Assembly: GCA_965203275.1 (NCBI GenBank)
Contig: OZ241865.1
Coordinates: 1,504,001-1,568,000 of the forward strand
Reading direction: 5' to 3'
Source of the DNA: Bdellovibrionales bacterium
GTDB lineage: Bacteria > Bdellovibrionota > Bdellovibrionia > Bdellovibrionales > JAUICD01
Length of the DNA stretch: 64,000 nt
Shown: positions 39,595 through 49,680 of the stretch, piece by piece
Numbering within the stretch: the stretch's first letter is position 1
How the letters are laid out: each line of letters begins with the position of its first letter
The notes under the pieces: model-generated
Databases searched by the model: none
Told to the model about the DNA's origin: nothing
The model's input: only the letters and a program-made list of their open reading frames with translations
Translations under genes and position numbers: made by a program

Positions 39595-39837
39595 ATGAAA
39601 TTCGATAAGAAGTATATACTAATCTTTTTAATTTCACAGTTCCTGGCTGGTATTCTTATCTTAATCAGTGTTGTTTTTGATTTGAACATGGATATAATGT
39701 TTTATTTTATTTGTGGTTCGATTTTTTTAATACTTCTTTATTATTTATTTTTTGTTCGTGGCCCTAGTTTTTTAGGAATTATGACAATTATTTATTTTAT
39801 CTTGTATGTTATAACATCCATTATGATAGGACCATGA
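39595..39837 (+). CDS. Small integral membrane protein
   Basis: 80 aa, three hydrophobic segments. Confidence 0.5.
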   Translation: MKFDKKYILIFLISQFLAGILILISVVFDLNMDIMFYFICGSIFLILLYYLFFVRGPSFLGIMTIIYFILYVITSIMIGP

Positions 39838-39873
39838 AAGGCATTATGATCATCTATTTATAGGTTTTATCCT

Positions 39874-39900
39874 TAAGTCTGGCTAAAATCCTGCCGATAG
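39874..39900 (+). promoter_or_regulatory. Putative sigma-28 (FliA) promoter
   Basis: TAAG-N15-GCCGATAG upstream of ankyrin gene. Confidence 0.6.
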
Positions 39901-39977
39901 AGTATTTAGATAGCATTTTAATATCTAAAGGTCGGTACAAAATTCCTAGAAAACAGAAAGCTTATTTATCGTTATTA

Positions 39978-40496
39978 TTGTTTGTTTTGTCTTGTGTGGC
40001 ATTCGGGTTTAACAATTGCGAATTAGATAATATTGAAAACAAGACGTCAAGCTCCACAATGACACACACAAACCCATCACCAATGCCAAACAAAAACAAC
40101 GGAATAAACGAATTACTAATCATAGCCACCGCGGAGAGAAACATCAGTAGGGTAAGAGATGCTTTAAATAATGGAGCAAATGCTGATTATGAAGAAAAAG
40201 ATGGGTGGACGGCTTTAATAATAGCTAGTTATGCAGGCTATATAGAGATTGTAAGGTTATTGCTAGCGGCCGGAGCTAATATTGATCTTAAAGGTCGGCA
40301 AGGCTTTACGGCTTTAATATCGGCCACTTTGGGAAGGCAGTTTGGAGGCCAGCCTGAGGTTGTAAGGTTATTGCTAGCGGCCGGAGCTAACGTCAATATT
40401 CGAAGTAATAAAGGAAATACGGCTTTAATGTTTGCAATAGGTGAAGGCCATACTGAAATTGAAAGACTATTAAGAGAGGCCGGAGCTACAGAATAA
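39978..40496 (+). CDS. Ankyrin-repeat protein, probable lipoprotein (start uncertain)
   Basis: AFGFNNC; GWTALIIAS, GFTALISA, GNTALMFA ankyrin repeats. Confidence 0.88.
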   Translation: MFVLSCVAFGFNNCELDNIENKTSSSTMTHTNPSPMPNKNNGINELLIIATAERNISRVRDALNNGANADYEEKDGWTALIIASYAGYIEIVRLLLAAGANIDLKGRQGFTALISATLGRQFGGQPEVVRLLLAAGANVNIRSNKGNTALMFAIGEGHTEIERLLREAGATE

Positions 40497-40748
40497 TACC
40501 AATTCTATATTTGTCTAAAAGTGAGATTCTTTTTTTTATCAAATAAATCATTAAGTAAGTCCAAAGCCCTATTCAATAGAGTACTTGTATAACAATTCTA
40601 TCACTAAAGGTAGGTAAATTTTTCATAGTAGCATTAACCTCTTGCGATCTAAATAAATCTTTTATAGAAAATGCTTGACTATTTATTAAATAGGTTTTAT
40701 ACTTCGTTAAGTCTATTAATTAAACCAATTATGATAAAGGAGATTATT

Positions 40749-41141
40749 ATGGTGAACAATTTTTTTAAAATAGCAATAGTAATAGTATGTTTCTCTACTA
40801 AACCCTTATTTGCTCAAAGTTTAAATTATGGATATTTAAAACTTACAAAAGACGTCAACTCTGTTAATTTAATCATGGCTAGTAAGTACGGCAGTTTAGA
40901 GGATGTAATCTCATCGCTAGATGCAGGTGCAGACGTCAATGCTGTCTATGTCCCTTCTGGTTGGACTCCTTTAATGTTTGCTGGCTTTAATGGCCATCTT
41001 GAGATTGTAGAATCATTGCTAGAAGCTGGAGCAAACGTCAATCATCAAACAGATATGGGTAAAACGGCTTTAACTTATGCTCGTAGACAAGGCCATACTG
41101 AAATTGTAGGACTCTTAGAAGAAGCCGGTGCTACAGAATAA
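40749..41141 (+). CDS. Secreted ankyrin-repeat protein
   Basis: AAGGAG SD, signal peptide, GWTPLMFA, GKTALTYA. Confidence 0.88.
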   Translation: MVNNFFKIAIVIVCFSTKPLFAQSLNYGYLKLTKDVNSVNLIMASKYGSLEDVISSLDAGADVNAVYVPSGWTPLMFAGFNGHLEIVESLLEAGANVNHQTDMGKTALTYARRQGHTEIVGLLEEAGATE

Positions 41142-41225
41142 TACCAATTCTATAAATCTACGTATTTTTTTGACTTTCCTTAAGCTGTGTTGCACTTTGA
41201 AGTAAACCAGAGTGGGAGACACAGC

Positions 41226-41318
41226 TTGAATATTAAACAATATGTAGCTTATTATAGAGTATCGACATCAAGACAAACTATTGGCTTACAAACTCAAGAG
41301 ACAATGGTCAAAGCCTAG
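41226..41318 (+). pseudogene. Serine recombinase N-terminal remnant (30 aa)
   Basis: Manual translation NIKQYVAYYRVSTSRQTIGLQTQ with the catalytic YxRVS motif; ends 7 bp before a family A copy. Confidence 0.7.
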
Positions 41319-41324
41319 TCTAAA

Positions 41325-41812
41325 CACTAAAAGTGGTCTGGCCGCTGGCCACTTTCTGGCGATGACCACGACGGCTTTCGCCGTCGATAAAATGGTCATC
41401 ACCTAGAAAGCCTGACCACTTTTAGTAGAGAGGATCCTCTCGTCTCTTGACCACATGTTAAGGAAAAAGTTCCTTCTTACACCTTGGGCGATGACCACGA
41501 TGGCTTTCGCCATTGGCAAAATGGTCATTGCCTCAAAAGTCCGTTTACTTTTAGTAAAGAGGATATCTTCGTTTTTTGACTACATGTTAAGGAAAAAGTT
41601 CCTTCTTACACCTTGGGCGATGACCACGATGGCTTTCGCCGTCGATCAAAGGCTGATTGCCTCAAAAATCCGTTTATTTTTAGTAGGAAGAATCCTCTTG
41701 TCTCTTGACTACATGTTAAGGAAACAGTTTCTTCCTACACCTGTTGCCTGCAAAGGCTTTCGCCTTTGACAAAATAGGCAACATCTAAAAAGCCCGCTCA
41801 TTTTGAGTGAAA
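41325..41812 (+). repeat. Family A tandem cluster (one near-full, three partial units)
   Basis: Repeated catgttaaggaaa tails and aagttccttcttacaccttgggcgatgacc linkers. Confidence 0.88.
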
Positions 41813-41849
41813 AAGCAATCGAAGGGTGGTGAGTGGGGTTAGAGATAAT

Positions 41850-41880
41850 CCTGAGTTTGATAGCCTGAAAAAATAAATTT
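41850..41880 (+). mobile_element. Family B end, short copy
   Basis: CCTGAGTTTGATAGCCTGAAAAAATAAA. Confidence 0.55.
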
Positions 41881-42300
41881 GATTATTAAAAAAACTTAAG
41901 CCGACTTATCATTGGTAAAATGGTCTTTTAAAAATTTTTCAATATACTTACAATATACTTAAAAGATGCATTAACTTCTTTAAAATTTGCATCAAAATTT
42001 TTTTGCTATTTTATTTTGATTGTGGTGTTTGGCCAATGCATTGATGCATAGCGTTAGATATTTATGTTTTGAAAGTGGGTTTATTTGAGCTTCATATTTT
42101 TTATGTTTTTTATTGTCTCTTTTAGAGACACTTAAATAAAAATGGCTGTCTTTTCTCTAAAGTTTATGTTATAAAGCTCCGACTAAATAGACATAACATG
42201 CCCTAAAGACTAATATCACTATTGAAACAATTCATAAATAAAAAATAAACATGAATAATAAATAAAAACATGTATAATAAAAGAGAGAGGAAAATATCTT

Positions 42301-42762
42301 ATGATTGATCTATCAATGGATATTGATTTGATATGGTGGTTTTTGGTAAAACATCCTATATTTTCCTTAATTATAGGAATTGTTTCAGGGATAATAGGAT
42401 TCTGTTTTTGGACTTTATATCAACAGCTATCTAACCATTTACCTACACAGATCAAAGAGGTAAAGCAAGAGGTAAAAGAGGTCAAACAAGAGGTAGAGCA
42501 AGAGATAAAAGAGGTGAAACAAGAGATAAAAAAAGTTAAAGAAGAGGTAAGGCAAGAGATAAAAGAAGTGAAAAAAGAGGTGAAACAAGAGATAAAAGAA
42601 GTTAAAGAAGAGGTAAGGCAAGAGATAAAAGAAGTTAAAGAAGAGGTGAAACAAGAGATAAAAGAAGTTAAAGAAGAGGTAAAACAAGAGATAAAAGAAG
42701 TTAAAGAAGAGGTAAAGGAAGTTAAGCAAGACATTAAAGGTCTTCTTAAGAAGTCCGGTTAA
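42301..42762 (+). CDS. TM + NHLPTQ + 11-aa-periodic coiled-coil protein
   Basis: N-terminal TM, QLSNHLPTQIKE, repeated KEEV(K/R)QEIKEV (33-bp units). Confidence 0.8.
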   Translation: MIDLSMDIDLIWWFLVKHPIFSLIIGIVSGIIGFCFWTLYQQLSNHLPTQIKEVKQEVKEVKQEVEQEIKEVKQEIKKVKEEVRQEIKEVKKEVKQEIKEVKEEVRQEIKEVKEEVKQEIKEVKEEVKQEIKEVKEEVKEVKQDIKGLLKKSG

Positions 42763-42849
42763 TTCAATTCTAAGTGATTGACTTTATCCAAAGAGGATGA
42801 GATACTATAATTAATTTCTATTGTTGTAGATAAACCCATAATTGTTTCT

Positions 42850-42877
42850 AAAAGAGGCCCTTGCGGCCTCTTTTTTT
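42850..42877 (+). terminator. Intrinsic terminator
   Basis: AAAAGAGGCC-cttgc-GGCCTCTTTTTTT. Confidence 0.75.
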
Positions 42878-42982
42878 ATGGAGATAAAAATTATGATATT
42901 GCTTGCTAGTAGATGGGGTTGGTTCCCTAAAAATAAATTAATCTCTGGTCTCTGTTGAAGATTAGCAACCCTGAATAGAATC

Positions 42983-43010
42983 AAAAAAGCCTGAAAGCAT
43001 TTTCAGGCTT
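42983..43010 (-). terminator. Intrinsic terminator of lipoprotein gene
   Basis: AAGCCTGAAA-atgc-TTTCAGGCTTTTTT on the minus strand. Confidence 0.7.
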
Positions 43011-43040
43011 AAAAGTAATTTATTTTGCAAAAAGCTACTT

Positions 43041-43655
43041 TTAGCAAGTACCTTCTACTTCACATAGATAAAGCTCTACATATCCTAATGTACCGGTTGT
43101 ACCATTTCCATTATAAGTATTATCAAAATCAATGCGGAAAAAAGCTCTTTCATTATCTATTGCTTCCACTTCTAAAAAAGTCACATAGCCTTGGCCATCA
43201 GTATAAGCCTGTGGGCAGGGTGCTGCATTACAAAATATTGTTTCTTTTCTTAAATTAAGAGTGATGTCACCTAAGTCATCCCATATCCTTATATCTAGAT
43301 CTCCATTGTAAAAGCTTATTTCTATGCCTTCAAAGTAACCTAAATCATCTGAATCTAAAAAGTCCACTAGAAAATCTTCCATTACTTCTGCTTGATATGC
43401 CGGTTGAACTGCTAGCCAGCCATGATCAGAATGACCGTTGTTATTGTGATGATCTTGCTGATGATTTTGCTGTTGGTTATTGTGGTTATTTACTGGATTG
43501 GCACTTCTGGTACCTCTCACATTTTTAGCACTTAAAGGTATGTTGATGCCTTCTTTCTTCTTAAAACAACCTGTAGTGAATATCAAAGCTGAAAATAATA
43601 CAGCTAAATGTAATATAGATTGAACTTTTTTGCAAGACTTCATTTGATTTTTCAT
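43041..43655 (-). CDS. Hypothetical lipoprotein with N/Q/H-rich linker
   Basis: GAGGAG SD, lipobox TTGC. Confidence 0.75.
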   Translation of the reverse strand: MKNQMKSCKKVQSILHLAVLFSALIFTTGCFKKKEGINIPLSAKNVRGTRSANPVNNHNNQQQNHQQDHHNNNGHSDHGWLAVQPAYQAEVMEDFLVDFLDSDDLGYFEGIEISFYNGDLDIRIWDDLGDITLNLRKETIFCNAAPCPQAYTDGQGYVTFLEVEAIDNERAFFRIDFDNTYNGNGTTGTLGYVELYLCEVEGTC

Positions 43656-43701
43656 TTTGTTCTCCTCTTGTTAATAATTTTTTCCTCTTGTAAATGGTAA
43701 G

Positions 43702-43717
43702 TGCAAGAGCAATGCCA
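43702..43717 (-). promoter_or_regulatory. Putative sigma-54 promoter
   Basis: TGGCATTGCTCTTGCA matches -24 GG / -12 GC spacing, about 45 bp upstream of 43655. Confidence 0.65.
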
Positions 43718-43876
43718 AAAATGACCTGTTATATATATTTTCTTAAGGATATAAGTGCATTTTTTAAAGCTTTTGTGTTTAAATGAAGTTTAAGTCTTCT
43801 AAAGTGACATTTTTTGTATCCAATTGACTTTTTCTTGAACACTTTAGCTTAATGAGCAAAATAAAAGGTAGATGGT

Positions 43877-44656
43877 ATGAAAAATAAACTAAATGTAGGC
43901 AAACAAATATTACAAGTGGTTGCAAGAGAAGTCACAGGCTCTTTAATTGCAGCTAATCTCTATCCTTTAGGTTTGTTGCAGAAAATCAGAGCTAAGGAGG
44001 AAATTCCTTCTTACCCTCCTCACACCTCTATTCAAAATAAAACCTCTTATAATCGACCTGTTCTATTGGTGCATGGCATAGCTCACAATGCTTCTGCTTT
44101 TATAAGAATGAAAAACCAAATGGAGCAACAAGGCTGGATTCATGTTTTTACTATGAACTATAATACTTTCAATAGAAACATTCTCACAATGGTTGAACAG
44201 CTATCAAAGCAGGTCAATAAAGTAATGGAAGTCACTCAAGCCTCTCAAATTGATATTGTAGCTCATTCACTTGGAGGGATTGTCTCTCGTTATTATATGT
44301 CTATGGGTGAGGGGAGAGATAAAGTGAAAAACCTTGTGACATTAGGTAGTTCTCATCAAGGGACTTATTTAAGCCCTCTTTTAAGACCATTTGCTTTAAA
44401 TAAAAGACTATCTCGTGATCTTTATATTGGATCTCCTTTTCTAAAAACCTTACAACAAACACAAATCTCTGAAAACTCAACAATTACAAGTATTTACTCT
44501 AAATACGACTGGACAGTCTGGCCACAAAGTAGCTCTTTTGCAGAAGGTTTACCAAGCCACGCTTTTAAAAACATCCAGGTTGATTTTGTGAGTCATATAG
44601 GGTTGTTATATAGTTCCCGTGTCCTTAAACATATTGTAAAAACCTTAAAACACTGA
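43877..44656 (+). CDS. Alpha/beta-hydrolase (lipase class 2-like)
   Basis: PVLLVHG, IVAHSLGG, VTLGSSHQGT, SHIGLL. Confidence 0.88.
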   Translation: MKNKLNVGKQILQVVAREVTGSLIAANLYPLGLLQKIRAKEEIPSYPPHTSIQNKTSYNRPVLLVHGIAHNASAFIRMKNQMEQQGWIHVFTMNYNTFNRNILTMVEQLSKQVNKVMEVTQASQIDIVAHSLGGIVSRYYMSMGEGRDKVKNLVTLGSSHQGTYLSPLLRPFALNKRLSRDLYIGSPFLKTLQQTQISENSTITSIYSKYDWTVWPQSSSFAEGLPSHAFKNIQVDFVSHIGLLYSSRVLKHIVKTLKH

Positions 44657-44796
44657 AGGCCTCTACTTTCAGCCCATTATATCGTAAAGATTAATGTTAA
44701 ATGTCAATCCTAAAAATTTAGATCAAACAAGGATATTTTTTGTTATTCTCAATAAAAAGCTTTATCAAAAACCTCTATATATGTTAAAAGATAACT

Positions 44797-45645
44797 ATGA
44801 GCTATATTTTATGTGTTGTTAATCAAAAAGGGGGTGTTGGTAAAACCACAACATCCATTAATCTTGCAGCAGGACTGGCCCGGCTAGGCAAAAAAGTTCT
44901 GCTTATTGATATGGACCCCCAGAGCAATGCCTCCAGTGGCTTAGGCATTCGGAAAGAAAGAACCATTTACCACGTTCTTATTGGAGAAAATACTGTTTCT
45001 GAGATTGTAACACCTACATCTATCACCAATCTAAGCCTTCTTCCTGCTAATTCCCACCTTGTCGGAGGTGAGGTGGAATTTATAGACACACCTCGCAGAG
45101 AGTATTTATTACGCGATGCATTGTCTGCCTTTGAGGCTCAAGATCAATCCTTTAATTATATTATAATGGACTTGCCACCTTCTTTGAGTTTGTTGACAAT
45201 TAATGCTTTAACAGCTGCAAATGGATTTATTGTGCCTCTACAATGTGAATATTATGCCTTAGAAGGACTTAGCCAGCTTCTCAACACAACCAGCTTAATT
45301 AAAAAAAACTTCAATCAAAAGCTTATAATGTGTGGTATAGTCTTAACAATGTTTGATGTCAGAAATAAGCTCTCTCATCAGATAGTTGCTGAAGCAAAGA
45401 GCTATTTTGAAAATAAGGTCTTTAAAACAGTTATTCCAAGAAACATTAAATTAAGTGAAGCCCCCAGCCATGGTCTGTGTATTTTTGATTATGACCCTAA
45501 GTCAATGGGTGGGCTTTGCTATCAACAATTTGCAGAAGAAGTCCATCAAAAAATAAGCAAAAGCTTATCAAAAACCTATTCTTCGAATGTTCCACGTGGA
45601 ACATTGCCGTCTGAACACCCTAAAAATAAGGAGATTTTATGTTAA
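44797..45645 (+). CDS. parA: Chromosome partitioning ATPase ParA/Soj
   Basis: NQKGGVGKTT, DMDPQSNA, PLQCEYYALEGL, IPRNIKLSEAPS. Confidence 0.96.
   Translation: MSYILCVVNQKGGVGKTTTSINLAAGLARLGKKVLLIDMDPQSNASSGLGIRKERTIYHVLIGENTVSEIVTPTSITNLSLLPANSHLVGGEVEFIDTPRREYLLRDALSAFEAQDQSFNYIIMDLPPSLSLLTINALTAANGFIVPLQCEYYALEGLSQLLNTTSLIKKNFNQKLIMCGIVLTMFDVRNKLSHQIVAEAKSYFENKVFKTVIPRNIKLSEAPSHGLCIFDYDPKSMGGLCYQQFAEEVHQKISKSLSKTYSSNVPRGTLPSEHPKNKEILC
45588..45603. promoter_or_regulatory. parS site 1 (inside parA 3' end)
   Basis: TGTTCCACGTGGAACA. Confidence 0.92.
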
Positions 45646-46559
45646 ATATCAATAAAAACAAAAGTAAAGTAGCTTCTTCTAAAAAGAAGCTACATAAACC
45701 ATTGGGGAGAGGGCTAGGTAGTTTATTAGGGGAATCTTCCGTTGCCTTGCCTACGACCACATCTCAAAACAAAGATCAAAGTCGCATTTGGGATATTCCG
45801 GTGCATAAAATAAAACCTGGTCTATCACAGCCTAGAAAAACCTTTGAAAAGCCAAAACTTCAGGAACTAGCTCAATCTATAAAACAACAAGGCATTATTC
45901 AACCCATTACTGTCAAAAAAATCAATGCCTCTAATTTTGAAATTCTCACAGGTGAGAGAAGGTGGAGAGCCTGCCAAATGATTGGATTTAAAACAATTCC
46001 TGCTATTATTAAAAAGATCAGTGAAGAATCAGCATTAGAAATAGCCTTAATAGAAAATATCCAGAGGGAAAATCTCAATCCTGTTGAGGAGGCCAATGCC
46101 TACCATCAGTTGTTGTTGCGTTACAACCTCACTCAAGAGCAGATTTCTAAAAAAGTGGGTAAAGATAGAGCCACTGTTTCAAACACTTTAAGGCTTCTTA
46201 AGCTGGATTCCCAAATACAAAAGTGGATTGCTGAAGGGAAACTATCCACAGGTCATGCAAAAATACTTCTGAGCATAAATGATATTAAAAGGCAGAAAAA
46301 GCTAGCCCATCAAGTCATCAGCAAACATCTGACAGTTCATCAACTGGCAGGAATGAAGCAAAATATGGGAAAATCTAAGCCACAAACTAAGCAAGCCAAC
46401 AACCTTGAAACCAAAGCTCTTTTGAAGCTAGAAAAGGACCTACAAAAAAGCTTAGGGACAAAGGTGGAAATTAAAAGTCATCAAAAAGAGAAGGGGTTGA
46501 TTTCCATTTATTATTATTCAAATGAACAATTATCTGCCATTTCAGAGAAACTATTGTAA
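45639..46559 (+). CDS. parB: Chromosome partitioning protein ParB
   Basis: LGRGLGSLL, QPRKTF, GERRWRA, ENIQRENLNPVEEA. Confidence 0.96.
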   Translation: MLNINKNKSKVASSKKKLHKPLGRGLGSLLGESSVALPTTTSQNKDQSRIWDIPVHKIKPGLSQPRKTFEKPKLQELAQSIKQQGIIQPITVKKINASNFEILTGERRWRACQMIGFKTIPAIIKKISEESALEIALIENIQRENLNPVEEANAYHQLLLRYNLTQEQISKKVGKDRATVSNTLRLLKLDSQIQKWIAEGKLSTGHAKILLSINDIKRQKKLAHQVISKHLTVHQLAGMKQNMGKSKPQTKQANNLETKALLKLEKDLQKSLGTKVEIKSHQKEKGLISIYYYSNEQLSAISEKLL

Positions 46560-46630
46560 CTGCTCTATTATTTTTTGATATTTTTTAGGAATTTAATATC
46601 ATATTGTTTTTATTATGTTTTTAATAGATA

Positions 46631-46646
46631 TGTTCCACGTGGAACA
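46631..46646. promoter_or_regulatory. parS site 2
   Basis: TGTTCCACGTGGAACA. Confidence 0.92.
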
Positions 46647-47074
46647 TTTGAAAGTAAAAAGTCCTATTGGTTTCGATACATACTTTAACGATCGTTAAGA
46701 CCACGTTTTAAAGTGTGACCATCTAAGAAACAAAAGGGCTGTTTTATAATACTTTGGTGGAGCTTTTTCTCAATATCACAACTGTTTGAATTAATCCTGA
46801 CAGAGTTTATATGATCGCTGTGGTCTGTTTTCGTCAGACTTGCTACTTTTCTTTTCTGTGAATGACTTAACGGGAGGCCATTTGTACCTTCCTTTTGAAT
46901 TTTTGATTTTATAACAACATAATAAAGTTTTATCTAAGTTCCAAGACTATATGGCAGTGCGTCAAAATCTACATTGTCTATTGACACACCTTCAAAATAA
47001 ATCTAAAATAAAAGAGTAGGCAATTAATGTTTGTTTCTGTTAAGGTTTTTAAAAGGTTTAAGGAGAAATTAGCA

Positions 47075-47479
47075 ATGGAAGATGGATTATTACGGGTTTT
47101 ATTGATAGTTTTAGGGATTATTGGTGTTTTTAATTTGTTTTCCTTTGCTATTTTCTTTGGTAGCCTATTTAGTATTGTAAAGTTCTGGGTTGAACCTACG
47201 ATTGCCCCCATAAAAGATAATCAAATAGAATTAAAAGATAATCAAAGGGAATTAAAAACTGACATCAATAATTTAAAAGCCGACATCAATAAATTAGAAA
47301 CCAACGTCCATAAAATCGATCAGAAAGTAGACGGAATGGAAAAAAACATTAAAGGATTAGAACAAAATATTAAAGGATTAGAAAGAAATGTTAAAGGATT
47401 AGAAAAAAATGTTACAGAATTAAAAGATGGCTTCAGTAGAGTTATTCACGTGATTGAAAGATTACCAACATCTGGTTAA
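47075..47479 (+). CDS. TM + heptad coiled-coil protein (related architecture, lacks NHIPTQ)
   Basis: AAGGAG SD, TM segment, repeated KGLE(Q/R/K)N(I/V). Confidence 0.7.
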   Translation: MEDGLLRVLLIVLGIIGVFNLFSFAIFFGSLFSIVKFWVEPTIAPIKDNQIELKDNQRELKTDINNLKADINKLETNVHKIDQKVDGMEKNIKGLEQNIKGLERNVKGLEKNVTELKDGFSRVIHVIERLPTSG

Positions 47480-47868
47480 TCTTATACTTTCCTCTCACTT
47501 CATTGGGTGGGCCTCCACATAAGTAATGTATCCACCATCACCTCTTGTATCAATATAATCAATATGATAGATTGTAAATAAGGGGTATATTTATGAAGTT
47601 ATTGGTTCTTACAATATTATCTGCTTTTATTGTTTCAATGCCGAGATATATATGGAAGGTGTTCTTATGACTATATTTGTGATTCTGACTTCTGTGGTAG
47701 CTTACAAATTTGTAAGTATGATTGAAGCTTTAGCCTTAAATTTTATCTCATATTTTCTTAACTTGGTCTTTTTAAAACCTTCCACAAATGAGAATATGGC
47801 ACTACTCTGAAACTCAAATTTCATATTTTTTCCAGAAATCCTTAATTTTTAAGGCTTTTCAGGGCAAA

Positions 47869-47884
47869 TGTTCCACGTGGAACA
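47869..47884. promoter_or_regulatory. parS site 3
   Basis: TGTTCCACGTGGAACA within extended palindrome GCAAA...TTTGC. Confidence 0.92.
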
Positions 47885-47922
47885 TTTGCTATTTTAAATG
47901 CATAGTGTATGGGCTGGATTTT

Positions 47923-49347
47923 TTATCTAGCCCCTCCTGTTGCCCTTGAGTTTCTTTGCCTGTGTTCACGACGGGTTGTTGGTCTAGATGATCCTTCTGT
48001 TGCCCTTGAGTTTCTGTTGACTCTTGAAGTATCAGAAGAAGGCAGGCAATGTTCAAATTCTTGAGATAAACCTGCCCAAGTATTATTTCGCTGTGTTCTT
48101 GTATCAGAATTAGAACCCTGTCCATCTCCAAATAAAAAATCTGTAATAGTTCTGTTTTTACGGCCCTCTGGAATACGACGACATTGGGTATTGCTAGATG
48201 AAGTACAAGAAATTTCAGGGATGGTGTAACTTACAGCCTGATCACTTAAATCTTTGGTGACTCTTTTTTGCCTGTCCATTTTTTGAAAAAAAGTCATACC
48301 ATCAGTAAATTCATCAGTAAAGGGAATCACGCCAGAAATAAAAGAACCAACCCCTTCAAGTATTGTATACGGCTCTCTCCATTGTTCCTGTAGTACTAAA
48401 CGAGTAAATCTAAGTCTGTGGTTTGAGTGACGGCCTAATGGAAGTAATTCATCTTTGTCATGATGTGTAGGAGCTGTTGCCAAAGGTTCTATATTTTTAT
48501 TGTTACAAATATGTCCAAATAACCGTATTGCTTCATAAAGAGCCACTCGACTCGACTCTATACATTGTGGGTTATCAGGAAAAAATTCCCTATGCCATAA
48601 TTCATATACATATTCATATACATTATTTCTGGATCTAATCCTATTATATTTTTCATCTACATATCTTTGGATCCTTCTGTTTGGATTTGAACTTGCTCTT
48701 GTCAAACGAGTGACCTGAGAATGATCGTTAGGGTATGTTCCTGGAAAATAATCATGAACCTCAATTGTGTTTAGGCTATTTCTTTCATTGCAAGAATTTG
48801 AATGTACACATGAAGTTTTTAAGTCACAAAGATTAGTTTTTTCAGGGTATTTCCCTATTTTAATGTGTACAATTTCACCATTCTCTTTTTGATGGTTAAA
48901 GTCAGCTACATGACTTCTACCATTTGCTCTACATGCCATGCCCTGATTGCCTACTAAATTATTAGGATTTGAAAAATTACTTTTATCTCCATGATAAGTA
49001 TTACGAGGTTGAAATTTTGAGCGATCTAGACAATATTCTCTTGATTCTCTATTGAGCTTATAAACTTTGGCTTGTAATTGGGCATTTCTGTTTATTTGAT
49101 TATTTCCATTTAAGCCTCCTTCCAGTCTTACCACGAAATATTCAGGATTTCTTTGTGGCATATAAAATTGGCAAAAATGTTCTCCAGGCAACTTGTGAAA
49201 AGGGAAACAACTATTTGTATTATTTTCTACCTCTTCAGATGCCGATGCTCTAGTACGAGATACACCATCAGACTGAGCAAAGACTTCTATATGCCCTAAA
49301 AATACCTGTAAAAAAGATATAAGGATGGTTACAGATAGTTTTGACAC
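47923..49347 (-). CDS. Hypothetical secreted Cys-containing protein
   Basis: Signal peptide ending VFA-Q, 474 aa, Arg-rich duplicated C-terminus (RNSRAT x2). Confidence 0.75.
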   Translation of the reverse strand: MSKLSVTILISFLQVFLGHIEVFAQSDGVSRTRASASEEVENNTNSCFPFHKLPGEHFCQFYMPQRNPEYFVVRLEGGLNGNNQINRNAQLQAKVYKLNRESREYCLDRSKFQPRNTYHGDKSNFSNPNNLVGNQGMACRANGRSHVADFNHQKENGEIVHIKIGKYPEKTNLCDLKTSCVHSNSCNERNSLNTIEVHDYFPGTYPNDHSQVTRLTRASSNPNRRIQRYVDEKYNRIRSRNNVYEYVYELWHREFFPDNPQCIESSRVALYEAIRLFGHICNNKNIEPLATAPTHHDKDELLPLGRHSNHRLRFTRLVLQEQWREPYTILEGVGSFISGVIPFTDEFTDGMTFFQKMDRQKRVTKDLSDQAVSYTIPEISCTSSSNTQCRRIPEGRKNRTITDFLFGDGQGSNSDTRTQRNNTWAGLSQEFEHCLPSSDTSRVNRNSRATEGSSRPTTRREHRQRNSRATGGAR

Positions 49348-49444
49348 ACTGCCCCCCCCCTCATTTTTTGGTGAAAGATTGAATTTATAGTGTGCATGAT
49401 GACCTCCTGTTTTTAATTTAAATAAAACACTTGTTACAATTTAT

Positions 49445-49471
49445 CTATCGACAACAATTTAAAATATTTAA
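49445..49471 (-). promoter_or_regulatory. Putative sigma-28 (FliA) promoter
   Basis: TTAA-N15-GTCGATAG about 100 bp upstream of 49347. Confidence 0.4.
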
Positions 49472-49621
49472 AGGGTTTTTAATGTTGAATCTAAAAAAAA
49501 TTGATTCAAATTGAGACATCTTTTTTGAATTTTCCTTAAGTTCTAAACTTGATAGTTAAATGATAACTGAAAAAGATAGAATAAATTAACATCTGAATTT
49601 TCTTACACTTCTCAGGGCAAA

Positions 49622-49637
49622 TGTTCCACGTGGAACA
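49622..49637. promoter_or_regulatory. parS site 4
   Basis: TGTTCCACGTGGAACA; 35-bp context identical to site 3. Confidence 0.92.
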
Positions 49638-49680
49638 TTTGCTATTGACAACTGTCCATATTTGAATCTATACTTCAAAT

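Noticed and set aside
42420..42734. Antisense low-complexity ORFs (also over the rpn repeats and 62460-63444)
   Set aside because: Shadow frames of repetitive coding sequence
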